DNA from: the human T2T-CHM13v2.0 reference genome, Homo sapiens
Direction: 5' to 3' (one strand)
Length of the DNA: 64,000 bases
NCBI RefSeq assembly: GCF_009914755.1
Contig: NC_060942.1
Position numbers and translations under genes: made by a program. Shown here in pieces: positions 52,081-64,000 of the stretch. Each line of letters starts with the position of its first letter. The first letter of the stretch is position 1. The notes below the pieces were generated by a model that saw only the letters and a list, made by a program, of their open reading frames with translations, did no database searches and was not told the origin of the DNA.

Positions 52081-52522
52081 AAATCCCTACTAGTCGATCC
52101 ATTTATTTTAAAAATTAAAAAATAAAAACTGAGGTCTAGATAGGGATACTGATTGAACCACATTTAACCAACTCATCATGGTAAATCGGAACTAGAACCC
52201 AACTTACGGGTCAAATTCAAAAAAGGAAATATCAGGGGATTAACACAAGGAACTGGATGGAGAAAGCCCTGTGAGAGTAGAAGTAGTATGCCTCATGGGC
52301 TAACTGAATATGGGGAATGACAGATGGAAGAGTCCAAAGGGACTCAGAGCTCATGAATCCTTCACCTCTCTTCCAGAGCTCTCTGCCCACCTGAGAGCCT
52401 TCACATTCACTGTCCATGTTTGTGCTGTCCTCCAGCCACCTTCCTCTCACCCCCTCAGCCCACATGTTCTTTCCTGATCTGCAACTCAAAGGTCTTCTCT
52501 GGCCCCTTCCTCTCCACACTCC

Positions 52523-53114
52523 TGTACTAATTTTCTATTGCTATGTAAAAAACTGCCACAAACTCCGTGCTTTAAAACAACATCGACTTTTTTAGTTCAC
52601 AGTTCTGTAGATCAGAAGTCCAGCACAGCATAGTTACATTCTCTGAGACCTCTCAGGGATCACGGGGTTGAAATCCAGGTGAGGCCAGGCTAAATTCTCA
52701 TCTGGAAGCCCTAGAGAAAACTCTGCTTCTGAGTTCATTCTTCTTGTTGGCAGAATTCAGACCCTTGTGGTTGTAAAACTGAGGTCCCTTGCCTGGCTAG
52801 GTGTCAGCCAGGAGCTAATCAGCTCTTAAAGTCACCCTAGTCCTTGTCACTCAGCCTCGTCCATTTTCAGGCCATTCTCATGCAGGGAATCTCCAGATTT
52901 CTTCATCTTCAACCTCTAGACCCAGATTTGAAGGGCTCTTCTGGTAAGGTCAGATCCATCGGGGACTCTCTCTAACTTAAGGTCAACAGTGTCATCTAAC
53001 AAAATGTAAACATTGAAATAAAATCCATCATACTCACAGGCTTGGGGAGTAGGCAGGGTATGTACACCAGGGAGCAGGAAATTTTTGGCCCATTTCAGAG
53101 TCCTGCCTACCACA
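52523..53114 (-). mobile_element. MaLR LTR (MLT1E-like)
   Basis: ttttctattgctatgtaa...ttaaaacaaca...ttgttggcagaattcag...ctgcctaccaca. Confidence 0.82.
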
Positions 53115-53344
53115 CACCCCTCTACTAACAATAGTTTCTTTTCTCTCACGTAGGTTTTGGGAATGTGGTTTAATTCAATTCAGACTAATGTATAAGAACA
53201 GCTTATTTTGATAACCTTAGTCTTCAGTGACATCGGCTTATTAACTTAAAATGATTCCTTGTGGCATGTTTGGCAATGTTTTGAAGATATTTGGGGACAG
53301 GTGAGTTGGGGGGTAGAACTTACATTAAAGCGATGAGTAACTTC

Positions 53345-53487
53345 TTTTTTAATTTTTAATTTTTTTTTTTAGAGACAGGGTCTCACTATGTTGCCCAGGG
53401 TGCTGTCAATCTCCTGGGCTCAAATGACCCACCTACCTCAGCCTCCCAAAGTGGCAGGATTACAGTCATGAGCCACTGCATCCAGCT
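53345..53487 (-). mobile_element. Alu monomer (FLAM-like)
   Basis: agagacagggtctcactatgttgccc...ctcccaaagtg...gagccactgc, single arm. Confidence 0.85.
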
Positions 53488-54589
53488 CATGTGTAACTTT
53501 TGACCACAATGTTCACACCACCCTATTCTCCTGGGGTTGAGGGTTCTATCATCTGAGCAAAGAAAATACACAGGAGCATTGCTCTTGCATAAGAACTACC
53601 AAGTCATATTTTTTCCTCTTTTCTTCATCCCCAGAGGCTTACTTTGCTTTCTTTGCCTCAGCATCCTCTTCAGTAATCAGGAAGTTATCCAAAAAAAATT
53701 AAACCAGTTACAATCCAATTCTTATGCAGAAAAGAAAACAACCAATCAGCCACTTGCAACATTCAGCACACTCTACATAGCAAGAGGACCATCAAGTTGC
53801 CAGATACTCTATATTCAGCCTTCCTTCTTCCAGCAATCATTTCTATAATTAGTACTGGCACATTGTGCCTAATTAGTTATTTCTGTGGCATATGGGCATG
53901 AAATGTATGTGTTCCTTAGTCATCCTACTTTACTGTTAAATTGCCTGTAGAGATTTTTCAAAAAATGAATAATTAAGCTTATTTCTTTGTCTCTTGTTTT
54001 CTAATTCCGTTAGATTCTATTCAGGTAATATAATTATACTGTATCCATGGCAACACTCATCTACATCTATAGGTAAAATCTTTTGGGGCTGCTGGTGAAA
54101 TTTTTTTTATTAATCTGGCTTCAGCCTATAGACCATAAATGACAGAGCAGTTAAAAGTCACTGGTGTTAATATGGATTTAGCCTTTAAGTAGCATGGCAC
54201 ACTAATGCTCACATCCAATTCCCAATCAACTGTAATTTTTCCTAGTTTGACAGGAAAAAAGTACATATATATGTATATATAGATATATATATACACACAC
54301 ACACACCTTTTAACTACATCACAGTTTTATTCTAATAAATTGCTCAATTAGAACTAATACCCTGAACTATGTAACCCTGCTGAAATTGTTGTGATATTTT
54401 TAAGACGTTATAAACAAGAGTTTAAAATTTAAATAATGAATTTCACGAAACCCTTTAAAACCACTTGACTTCAAAATATCAAAGAATTTACCAAAAATAA
54501 GTACTCTGATGTCTTACAGCACTAACCTACAGATAGAAGTCTCATGTCCTATTTTTACCACTTTGCTGGTTGCGGTGCTGCACTGGTGA

Positions 54590-55130
<541 letters not shown>

Positions 55131-55169
55131 TCATTGCTCCTCCTGGAACAGTCGTGATATGGAGCTTTT

Positions 55170-55278
55170 GGCTAAGGCAGACTCTTAGGCCACAGCCCAG
55201 AATTTCCGAATCAGAACGTGCAGTTTCACGAGGTCCTCAGGTTATTCATGCGCACAGTGAAGTCTAGAAAGCATTGGT
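55170..55278. mobile_element. MER5-type hAT fragment
   Basis: gaatcagaa...tgcagtttca...cctcaggttattcatgcgcac...agtctagaaagcattg. Confidence 0.55.
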
Positions 55279-55449
55279 ACTGAAGATGGCCAACTGATGA
55301 AACATGGACATTTCACTCCAGCCACCTGCATGTTTCCATAGGTTATTTTGTAGTATATGATTTAAAACTATATTCTTTCTGATTGTTTGCATGTGTTGAC
55401 ATAGTTTAAGTGAACGAAATTTTCTTCTTTCCACTCCCAGACAGGCAGA

Positions 55450-55680
55450 AAAATAAAATGAATATATTGACTATTCACTAAATGGAAGTGGACCATCATG
55501 AAAGTCTTCATCCTGGATGCCTTCATGTTGAGTAGTCTGAGGAGGAAGAGAACAAGGAGGGGTTGGCCTTACTGTGTCAGGAGTGGCAGAGGCAGAAGAG
55601 GTGAAGAAGGTAGGAGGGGAGGCGAGAGAGATTTATTGAAGTGGACCTGCACAGTTCAAACCTTGTTCAAGGGTCAACTC
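55450..55680 (-). mobile_element. Tigger2-family DNA transposon end
   Basis: ctattcactaaatggaagtgga...tgaggaggaagag...cagttcaaaccttgttcaagggtcaact followed by TA. Confidence 0.85.
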
Positions 55681-56019
55681 TACATCTAGAGAGGAATTAT
55701 AGATCCTATAATTCAAACTCCACTTACAAAGATAAGCATTTAGCAACTAAGGAGGTGAATGGGTTACTTGTCAACCTGGTATCACATGCTTCTTACTGGC
55801 ATAAGGTAAATATCTTCTGGACCACAAGAGGTAATTTACAACAAATAGGTTTAAGCTTTATTTTCTCAAAGGAATGCATTATAAGCCTAGCCAGCTTAAT
55901 TAATTACCATACTTATTATTTAGCAACCATTCCCAGAATGCCTACTCTAGAAAGGCAGTATACTATGTGTCTAATAGGGACAGAAAGCAGATAATTAGTG
56001 TGCAAATATGAAGTAGACA

Positions 56020-56250
56020 GGTTAATGGAATACTTAAGAGCTTGGGCTTTGGAGTCAGATTAAAATCCTGGTTCTAGAATCACCCTTCTTCCTTAATTCT
56101 CAGCCTTAATTACTTCATCTGTGAAATGGGGCTAATAAAACATGATTTAGAAAGTTGTGAAGAATAAGTGAAACCACATGTAAAGATAATGGCATGGAGC
56201 AAGGCATGTAACAATTGCTCAACAATGATAATATCATTTTCATTATTATT
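56020..56250 (+). mobile_element. MIR SINE
   Basis: ttaagagcttgggctttggagtcaga...catctgtgaaatggggctaataa. Confidence 0.8.
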
Positions 56251-56289
56251 TGGTATGGTTCAGAAACTCATGGATCAGTAGGGAAGAAA

Positions 56290-56890
56290 ACATGAACACT
56301 TCTCAAAGGAGACAGAAATCACATGTTATTTTAACAGGGACAGTTTGCTTAAAAAGAACTATTAGCTAGGTTATGTAAGAACAGAAAAGGCAAAAAGAGA
56401 ATACCAGGTTATCACAGAGTTGGTAGCTACAAGAAGCAGGTCAAGGATTGTGAGAATAACCAAATAAGATGGAATCGTTAAAATTTGGAAGTTTGAAGGA
56501 GGAAAAGGCCAGTGAAATCGGAAGTGAGATCTCCGAGGAGAGAGTGCTGCTAGGCTTGTGCCTCTGACATGGGCATATTGAAGCTAATTCTGCAAATTTT
56601 GGTAAAAACTGCAAAGTGGACTCAACCCCTGCAACTGGAATGAACTTCCACTGCCTATAGTTCACTGCTACAAGAAACAGAAAGCTAAGAGGAAAGAGTG
56701 AGTCTCTCCTTTCTCCTCTAGTTTTCCTGTCTCCTGACATTGTTCCCTATTTAGACAGCCTAACAGGGAGCAGTTGGCAAAAGTGTGCTGTGGCTTGCAG
56801 AGTGGCAGCCCCAGCCAGCAGCACAGAGCAGAAGATTGAAGAACAGAAGGATTTGGAGCTGAAAGACAATAGCTTACTAAGTGGCACTGC
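56290..56890 (-). mobile_element. Old ERVL LTR (LTR41-like)
   Basis: gttccctatttagacagcctaacagggagcagttggcaaa...gcttgcagagt...ggagctgaaagacaatagctta. Confidence 0.55.
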
Positions 56891-57223
56891 AGGTTATTGT
56901 AATGCAAAACAGAGTAACAAGGACCATGAGAGAGTTTGCATTTTGAGGAATATGGGAATCCAGGAGAGGAAAATAATTACTTCCAGCTGGGGACATAGAG
57001 TTTGTATTATAAAGGACGTAGCATATGAGCTAGCCTTAAGAAGGAGATTAAGAATGTTCTCAGTGGTATTTTCTCCTCCTCTACTGCTCCTTTCCCTCCT
57101 CTGTGACAGTTAATATGGAAAAGTGAAGAACTGGGAAATGGCGCATCATTACTCCAGGCTTCTAGGAACCTAGCAGACAGAAGATCTCCTGAAAGAAATG
57201 GAAGGAGCCATCATGAACCCATC

Positions 57224-57408
57224 CTTTTTTGTTTTTGTTTTTGTTTTTTAGAGACAGGGGAAACAGAGTCTCGCTCCGTCACCCATGCTGGAGTACAATG
57301 GTGGTGCGATCATAGCTCACTGTAAACTTGAACTCCTGGCCTCAAGCTGTCCTCCTGCCTTGGCTTTCCAAAGCACTGGGATTACAGGCGTGAGCTACCA
57401 TGCCTGGC
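57224..57408 (-). mobile_element. Alu monomer (FRAM-like or arm-recombinant AluJ)
   Basis: Right-arm start joined to left-arm end; TSD tgaaccca. Confidence 0.8.
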
Positions 57409-58267
57409 CCCTGAACCCAAATTTTATAAAAAAGTTCTTCCTTTCCATTTTTGTCTGTGGTTTGCCTCTAACTACACGCAGGTTTTTTGGAAGCTTTTTA
57501 TGATTGCGTCTTTGAGCAGAATAATGGGGATCGTGGATCAAATAGCAGTAAACATTAGCTGTGCAGAATTGAAGATGCTGGGTGGGATGTGCAGTTACCC
57601 ACACTGCCTACAACCTCCTACCACAGTCTAGAGAGGATTCTCATTCCCCACGTTACTGAACGAGGCACACATCAACAAACAAAACGTGCCAGTGGCTTAA
57701 CTCAAAAGGTAAGACCCTTTCTGGCTCACTGATGGAGCTCAGACAGCATCATGAAATTTGCCTTTACCTTCAGAAGAAAAAAGATCTCTAGCAGAAAGTA
57801 CTCTGAAAAAAAATCCATTAGGATATAAACAAGGACCAAGGGAGAATTGAGATGCAGTGTCAAGGATGGAGAGAGAGTAAAGTCACCATAAGTATATTTG
57901 CATTTTCCCCATTCTAGACTAAAAATCACCTATCTTCTGTATTCTGCATTTTATTTATATCAAGAACAAGAACTAAGAGACCAATCATCTATCTATTTTT
58001 CAAGAAGAAAGTGCTTATGGACACTTGGTTTTTTTGTTTGAAATTTTTCTTTTTAAAGGTGCTATTCACATTTAAAAATGTGTGAAGGTTTTCGGATTCC
58101 TTCTCTCTCTTTTTCTAGAATACAGTATACGCAGCACACTTCTTCAGGAATCAAATAGATTTAATCAAGAGATAACAGATTCCAAGCATCTCCTTTGAAC
58201 TGGGATCCCATTTACATTCTTTTCCTAAAAGGATACCAGGAATATACATAAATAGCATATTATATAG

Positions 58268-58827
58268 ACTATTAGTTTCATGGGGCTGCCATAGCAAAAT
58301 ACCATAGACTGGGGTGCTTAAGCAACAGAAATTTACTTTCTCATAGTTCTGGAGCCCAGAAGTCCCAAGATCGAGGTACTGTCTGGGTTGTTTTCTCCTG
58401 AGGCCTCTCTCCTGGGCTTGCAGAGGGCCACCTTTTCTCTGTGTCCTCACGTGGCCTTTTCTCTGTGTGCACCCATTCCTGGTCTCTTCCTCTTCTTTTA
58501 AGGACACCAGCCACACTGGCTTAGGGCCATACTCCAAGGGCCTCATTTTAATTTACTTATCTCTTTAAAGACCTGCTCTTGCCACAAAAACAAACGAAAA
58601 ATAAAAGAGTAACTGTGAGTTGATGAATATGTTAATTTGCTTCACTATAGTAATGACTTTACCATCTATTATGTATTCTATATCATCATGTTGTATACTT
58701 TAAATATACACAATAAAACTTACTTTAAAATAAAAAGACTTTATCTCTAAATAAGCTTGCATTCTTCAGGACTGAGGGTTGGGTCTTCAACATATGAATT
58801 TTAGGGAACACAATTCACCCTATAACA
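58268..58827 (-). mobile_element. MaLR LTR (MLT1A/B-like) split by an L1 3' end
   Basis: gctgccatagcaaaataccatagact...aaggacaccag|...cttcaacatatgaatt...cacaattcaccctataaca. Confidence 0.85.
58575..58735 (+). mobile_element. L1MA-type 3' end
   Basis: gtaactgtgagttgatgaatatgttaatttgctt...catcatgttgtatactttaaatatacacaataaaa; TSD aaagac(c/t)t. Confidence 0.8.
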
Positions 58828-58898
58828 AGTGGTAATATATGTAAATATGCTAGCATAATAAGACATGACTTCCTATTAGTCTAAAATAACATATTTCA

Positions 58899-59206
<308 letters not shown>

Positions 59207-59469
59207 TTATTTCAGTATTCAGCATATTTCAGTATTGTTCAATTCTTACGAAGTTAAAATGCTAGAGGAGAAAAAGAAAATTTTCAAATGCATCTATTTA
59301 GAAGCTGGAAGAAATAACAGCAAAAGCACTAAAGATGGATGTCAAACACTGGGGGAAAATGGAATACTTTCAAAAAGTAATTTCTGTTGTTATTCTGCAA
59401 GGTAAGAAGTATTATATTGGGTTTGCCTTAATTGCATATCAAAGGGACAGAGTGAATCTCCCAGTCTAA

Positions 59470-59640
59470 TCTAAGATCAGCACCGACTCTGCCATTTACT
59501 TGAACAAATTATTAAATTTCCTGAGTCTCCGTTTTCGTATCTGTAAAGAGGAAATGTGTATAGTACCTTGAAGAGTTCCTATGAACATGCAGGAAGCGCT
59601 ATATATAAAGTGCCTGCCCCCACTAATGGTAGACATAATT
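59470..59640 (+). mobile_element. MIR fragment
   Basis: ctctgccatttact...ctgagtctccgttttcgtatctgtaaa...taaagtgcct. Confidence 0.65.
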
Positions 59641-62289
59641 TTTATTATTTTAACTGAGAGGGCTTCTGGATCTAAATAAGGCTGTAGACAGTTACCTCAT
59701 TTATGTTTGCCAGGAATAGGTCACTCAAAGTGATTGTCAATGCATTGACTGTGACTATGGAGAAAGACTACACCTTTCTGTATATAATTGTTCTTCATAT
59801 TAAAGGAGTACGTCGGTGATGAAGAGTTTGCAGACATGTAGCCAAAAACTAAGACACAACAAAAACAGATAAAAGACCCTTTGCCTTAGCTGCATCCATT
59901 AGCCCAGGTGCTTCACTTGAAGGAAGAGTGACAATCATATATCTTTTGTGCAGGCTGTGGCATGCACTAATGAGATTCATTTTGCTGCCTATTAAAAAGC
60001 ATTCTTTTTTTTTTTTGCCAATTAGCTACCACTGTGGATAAGTACTGCAGTCTCCATAGTGACAGAAATGGTTGGTATTTCAAAGAACCAATATCTTCAA
60101 CAGAACAAAATCAATTGAATGTAAGTTTATTGAAAACAATCTCCAAATAAAATAACCATATTAGTCATTCTCAAAACAGAAAGAGTACCAGGTCTTTGTC
60201 CTGAAGCAAATCCTACTTAAGGTGGTATCAACTTCCATCAAATTCATGTTGGTGCTGAGAAATTATGAAGGAGCTGTTTCCTGACTGAGGTGCTTTTTTA
60301 AAATTGATCTCAGCCCTAAAGTTTTATTTTTTTGTTTTGAGCTAAATGCAGAATCAGCTTTTGTAGAAGGATAAAACTTGGCAATATCATAAGTTACAAC
60401 TTATTTTTAATGTGTTTTGTATAGGGAACAATCTGCCAAAACTGATATTTACAGCATTTTCATTACTGATTTCAATGGACCGCTATACAATTCTTAATCT
60501 AACAATAAAAACTAAAATCTTCACATGACTTCACACTATTGTAAATGTTCTAGATATATAATATTTAAGGAAAATTATTCTAGAGAGAGATTTTCCCCTC
60601 AGTCAGCATTTTCTCTCACTCTTTTCCCTGGAGTCCCTTGACAATATGTAATGAACTTCAACACTCAAATTCATACACTGTTGGGTTTGCAATGAGGTTT
60701 TGCTTTGAAGTTTAGTTATGTCCCTACAACTGTCATATCGACTATAGTCATATGAAGCTTTTAAGGGGACATAAGAAAAACAATTGTATTATACAAGCAT
60801 TTTGGATATGGAACTTTTCATGACATTTGAGATTCCCATGCACATTCTGAGTTACATAATTATTTCACTGACTATAGATTTTAAAAAGAGTACCCTTGAT
60901 AGTTATGTAGCTGTGGTTTCATGCTGCTCCCTTGCTGCAGAGGTGGATAGCTATGTACAGACTCTGTTCTTCCCACCTTCTCATTTAAAAATAAACCTCT
61001 GAAGAAGTTGAATGCAAAAGCATTAGCTTAACATTTCATTAATAATTTTAATTCAAAAAAAGCAAAAGAAATATGAAATCACCCACGTGGAATGTGTTAT
61101 GTTATTCAGTTCCTGTTATATTTATAAGATGATTCTTAATTTGGGAAGGAAAGATTTAGATTATCAAAATGGTATTCACTGGGAAAAAAAAAAGTTAAGT
61201 CTTGTTTGGAAATTTCCGGAATGTGCATATTTTCTAGTCAATAAAGCTAGAAAAAAATTCTCATCAAAAGGTATTCCTATACTTGATGCACTCCAAGTGA
61301 ATGTATTATAGTTAATGTTATGATGTACCATATAAAAAGTAAGTGCAATATAAATATAAATGTAAGAAGTGAAGAAATGAAGCAGAATAATTTCTCAAAA
61401 GACAGTAGAAAGTACTAAACAGTGACAATAATCATTCTAGGAAAATGTTCTTCTGATAAAAGTTGTTCCTCAGCCTTCTTAACTTTTCTTAGGCTAAGTT
61501 TTACCATTCATATTGTGAATGAACTATGAGGAAAACCATTGCAATGGAAGGTATTCAAATATACTATTCAAAATTTTATACCATGTGGATGTTGCTTATG
61601 AGAAATGTCTGTGCTTCTAGCTCACATGATTATCCATCAGCATTGAAAGGAAAGACATTAAAAATATAATTTGGGTTATTTAAAACTGGCTCAGCCTCAT
61701 GCTAGGAATGAAGGAAGCCAGTACAGAGTGAAAACATTGTGAGGTGGATTCCAAAGTCAGATGGAGGCAGGAAGAAGGACACTCAGCAAGTGTCAGTTTT
61801 ACTTGGTCTGAAGTCTGTTTAGCTAAATCAGAATGAGAGAACAAAACAGCATATTTTATTCCATATAAGCTGAAGACAACCAAATCTACAGGTCCATGCA
61901 TGTTAGCTAGTGATATGCTCTGGTTTAGGGTTCTCCAGAGAGATTGTCAGGGCTAAAACGTCATGGTGCAGAAAGTGGAGGGCTGGTATTTGACATGCCA
62001 CATACCTAACCCAAGGATGCAGCCTAGGGAGAGGTCTCTTAAGTGCACATAATACAGAATTTTATAGATGAATTCGGTATATGATGCTCTTGTTAATTTG
62101 CTTAAACCATGTTTCTCTGAAGGTGAAATTCATAACAACTTTCTGTTACACCTGTATATGTGTGCTTATTAATAATAAATAAACAAGGAAGCAAAAGCAA
62201 TGATAAACTAAGCAATAGAAAGGGACAGAAAGGGAGAAAATAACCAAGAGTTTGGTGAAATATTCAACCTCACAAGAAATCTAACAAGT

Positions 62290-62700
62290 CACTGCTTAGA
62301 GAAGACCAAGAGTATGGAGAAAGAGATCACTTTTTTGGATGTGAAGGGACTACTGAAAACTGAAGATGGAGCAGGAGCCTGAAAAATACCTGCCCACACT
62401 CCAGGCCTCACACTAAGTACAAGATAGCAGCCACCCACAGCTGGAGGAATTTGAAATCTGGGGTGCGCTGTAAGTAACTACAGCAACAGGAAAACTCAAC
62501 CCCAGCTCACCTGATGGACTCAGTCACTTACACCAAGGACCTACCAAAAAACAGGTGGACCCATTTCTACTATTCTACACAAATTGTTTAGCTTTTAATC
62601 AAAAATTACAAGACACAAAGGTGGGGGGGAAAAATTAAACCACTCTCAACAGAAAAAGAAATAAATTATGACTCCTACTATGCAAGTGTTAGAAATGATA
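62290..62700 (+). mobile_element. Old L1M 5' region fragment
   Basis: gctggaggaatttgaaatctggggtg...gtaactacagcaaca...aaaaattacaagacac. Confidence 0.5.
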
Positions 62701-63169
62701 TTTAGAACATGGAAATATACACATGGTGTGGTCTTGGAAGTAGAAGAAAAATTCACATTACCTCCTCATTCTCATATAAATAAAAATAAATACAATAAAT
62801 TTCTAAAAGTATTACACCAAAAATAGTGCTTTTACTCAGGTGGTGAGGCTATATTTTTTTAAATGGGTTTTGCTTTCTACTTTTTCAGAATTAATGTATT
62901 ATAATCATGTATTTTATATAATAGTAATATGCTCCCTTTAGGGAAAACATATATTATTATGAAAGACATATTTTTCATAATATTTTGTTATATAAAAAGA
63001 GCTTAGACTGCATGGCTACCAAAGAGGCTACAAGTAACAGACTGCTCAGTGAAAAAGAGACCAGTCACTAGTGGACAAAATGTTTAATTGTCCTGCCATG
63101 AAAAGGCTGGACAAAAAATAAAATACCCCAAAACATGATTCTTAAAGATTAGTAATGTTGTTGCTATCA

Positions 63170-63560
63170 TCAACATTATTTGTTTAGCATTTACTAGGTG
63201 CTATAAACACTAATTATATTTGTTCCTTTAATACTCATAACTTTGTTAAATAAATGCCAATAAGATCTCTATTTTACAGATGAGGAAACTGACATGTAAA
63301 GTTTGAATATATGAAAACACCAGCAAATTATCAAACCCAATTAATATAAAGTAAATAATGAGGATGATCTGTCATTTACTGATCATGTACTATATTCTAG
63401 ACTCTGATTTAAGTGACTTAGATGTTGCTTCAAAATAACTGTGTAACTTAAACTCAGAGAGTTTAATCAACTTGTACAAGGTCACACAGCCAGTAAGGGA
63501 GGGTGCCTAGATTCAAATGGAGACATATCATGCTTCAGGTTAGACTCTCAATTTCTGTGC
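63170..63560 (-). mobile_element. Two MIR fragments
   Basis: attttacagatgaggaaactga; ctcagagagtttaatcaacttgtacaaggtcacacagccagtaag. Confidence 0.8.
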
Positions 63561-64000
63561 TTTAAAGATATGACATTGAAAATTGTGAAATCTGAGCATT
63601 TTGCCAAATCCTGCTAGACAATCTGATGCATTTTATAGAATATTCCTGATTTTTGCCATGGCTTTGGATTCCGGTTGAGTGACTCTTGCTTGCTTGCCTG
63701 GTTTTAACCCATTCCCGTTCAAGCTTGTTTTTCACAAAGTTTCTGGTGCAGTCTGACATGATTTGAAACCTGTGGCTATAAGGCCCTCTCTGCTATTTTG
63801 CTTTATTAATTGCAGGCAGAAGACCTTGCACTGATCTCATACCTAAAATCAATACAGCAGTATGATCTTTCAGCATTTTTTTTTATTATTTTGTTTCCAA
63901 CATACTAGTGGTTTTGTTCCTTTTTAATATTTTATTTTTATTAAAATATACTCATCGTTTTAGAAAGTCATAACATTCTACATAACTAATTATAAACATC

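Noticed and set aside
57480-57715. Possible exon ending at aag|gtaaga
   Set aside because: A good donor alone, with no defined acceptor, frame or transcript evidence.

Overview
Non-coding, AT-rich, repeat-dense primate genomic DNA (AluY, LTR12, MER41 and THE1 imply a simian, most likely human/ape). I recognise no protein-coding exon or RNA gene; nearly all listed ORFs fall inside repeats. Content: about 13 Alu-family SINEs, many MIR/L2/CR1/old L1M fragments, about 18 LTRs (ERV1, ERVL, MaLR), two internally deleted proviral remnants (ERV9/LTR12 at 17.7-18.4 kb; an older gamma-type ERV1 with gag/pro/pol relics at 24.5-29.7 kb), and DNA transposon fossils including a near full-length Hsmar2 mariner (7.8-9.1 kb). 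The least explained feature is a ~235-bp self-complementary insertion (22135-22370) with CACAG(C/T)G inverted ends and no target-site duplication, interrupting an old L1. Other oddities are a ~130-bp local inverted duplication just downstream of the LTR12 promoter and a CpG/ETS/AP-1-rich unique block at 9.6-10.0 kb. Repeat subfamily names come from recalled consensus sequences, not from a database search, and boundaries of old repeats are approximate.
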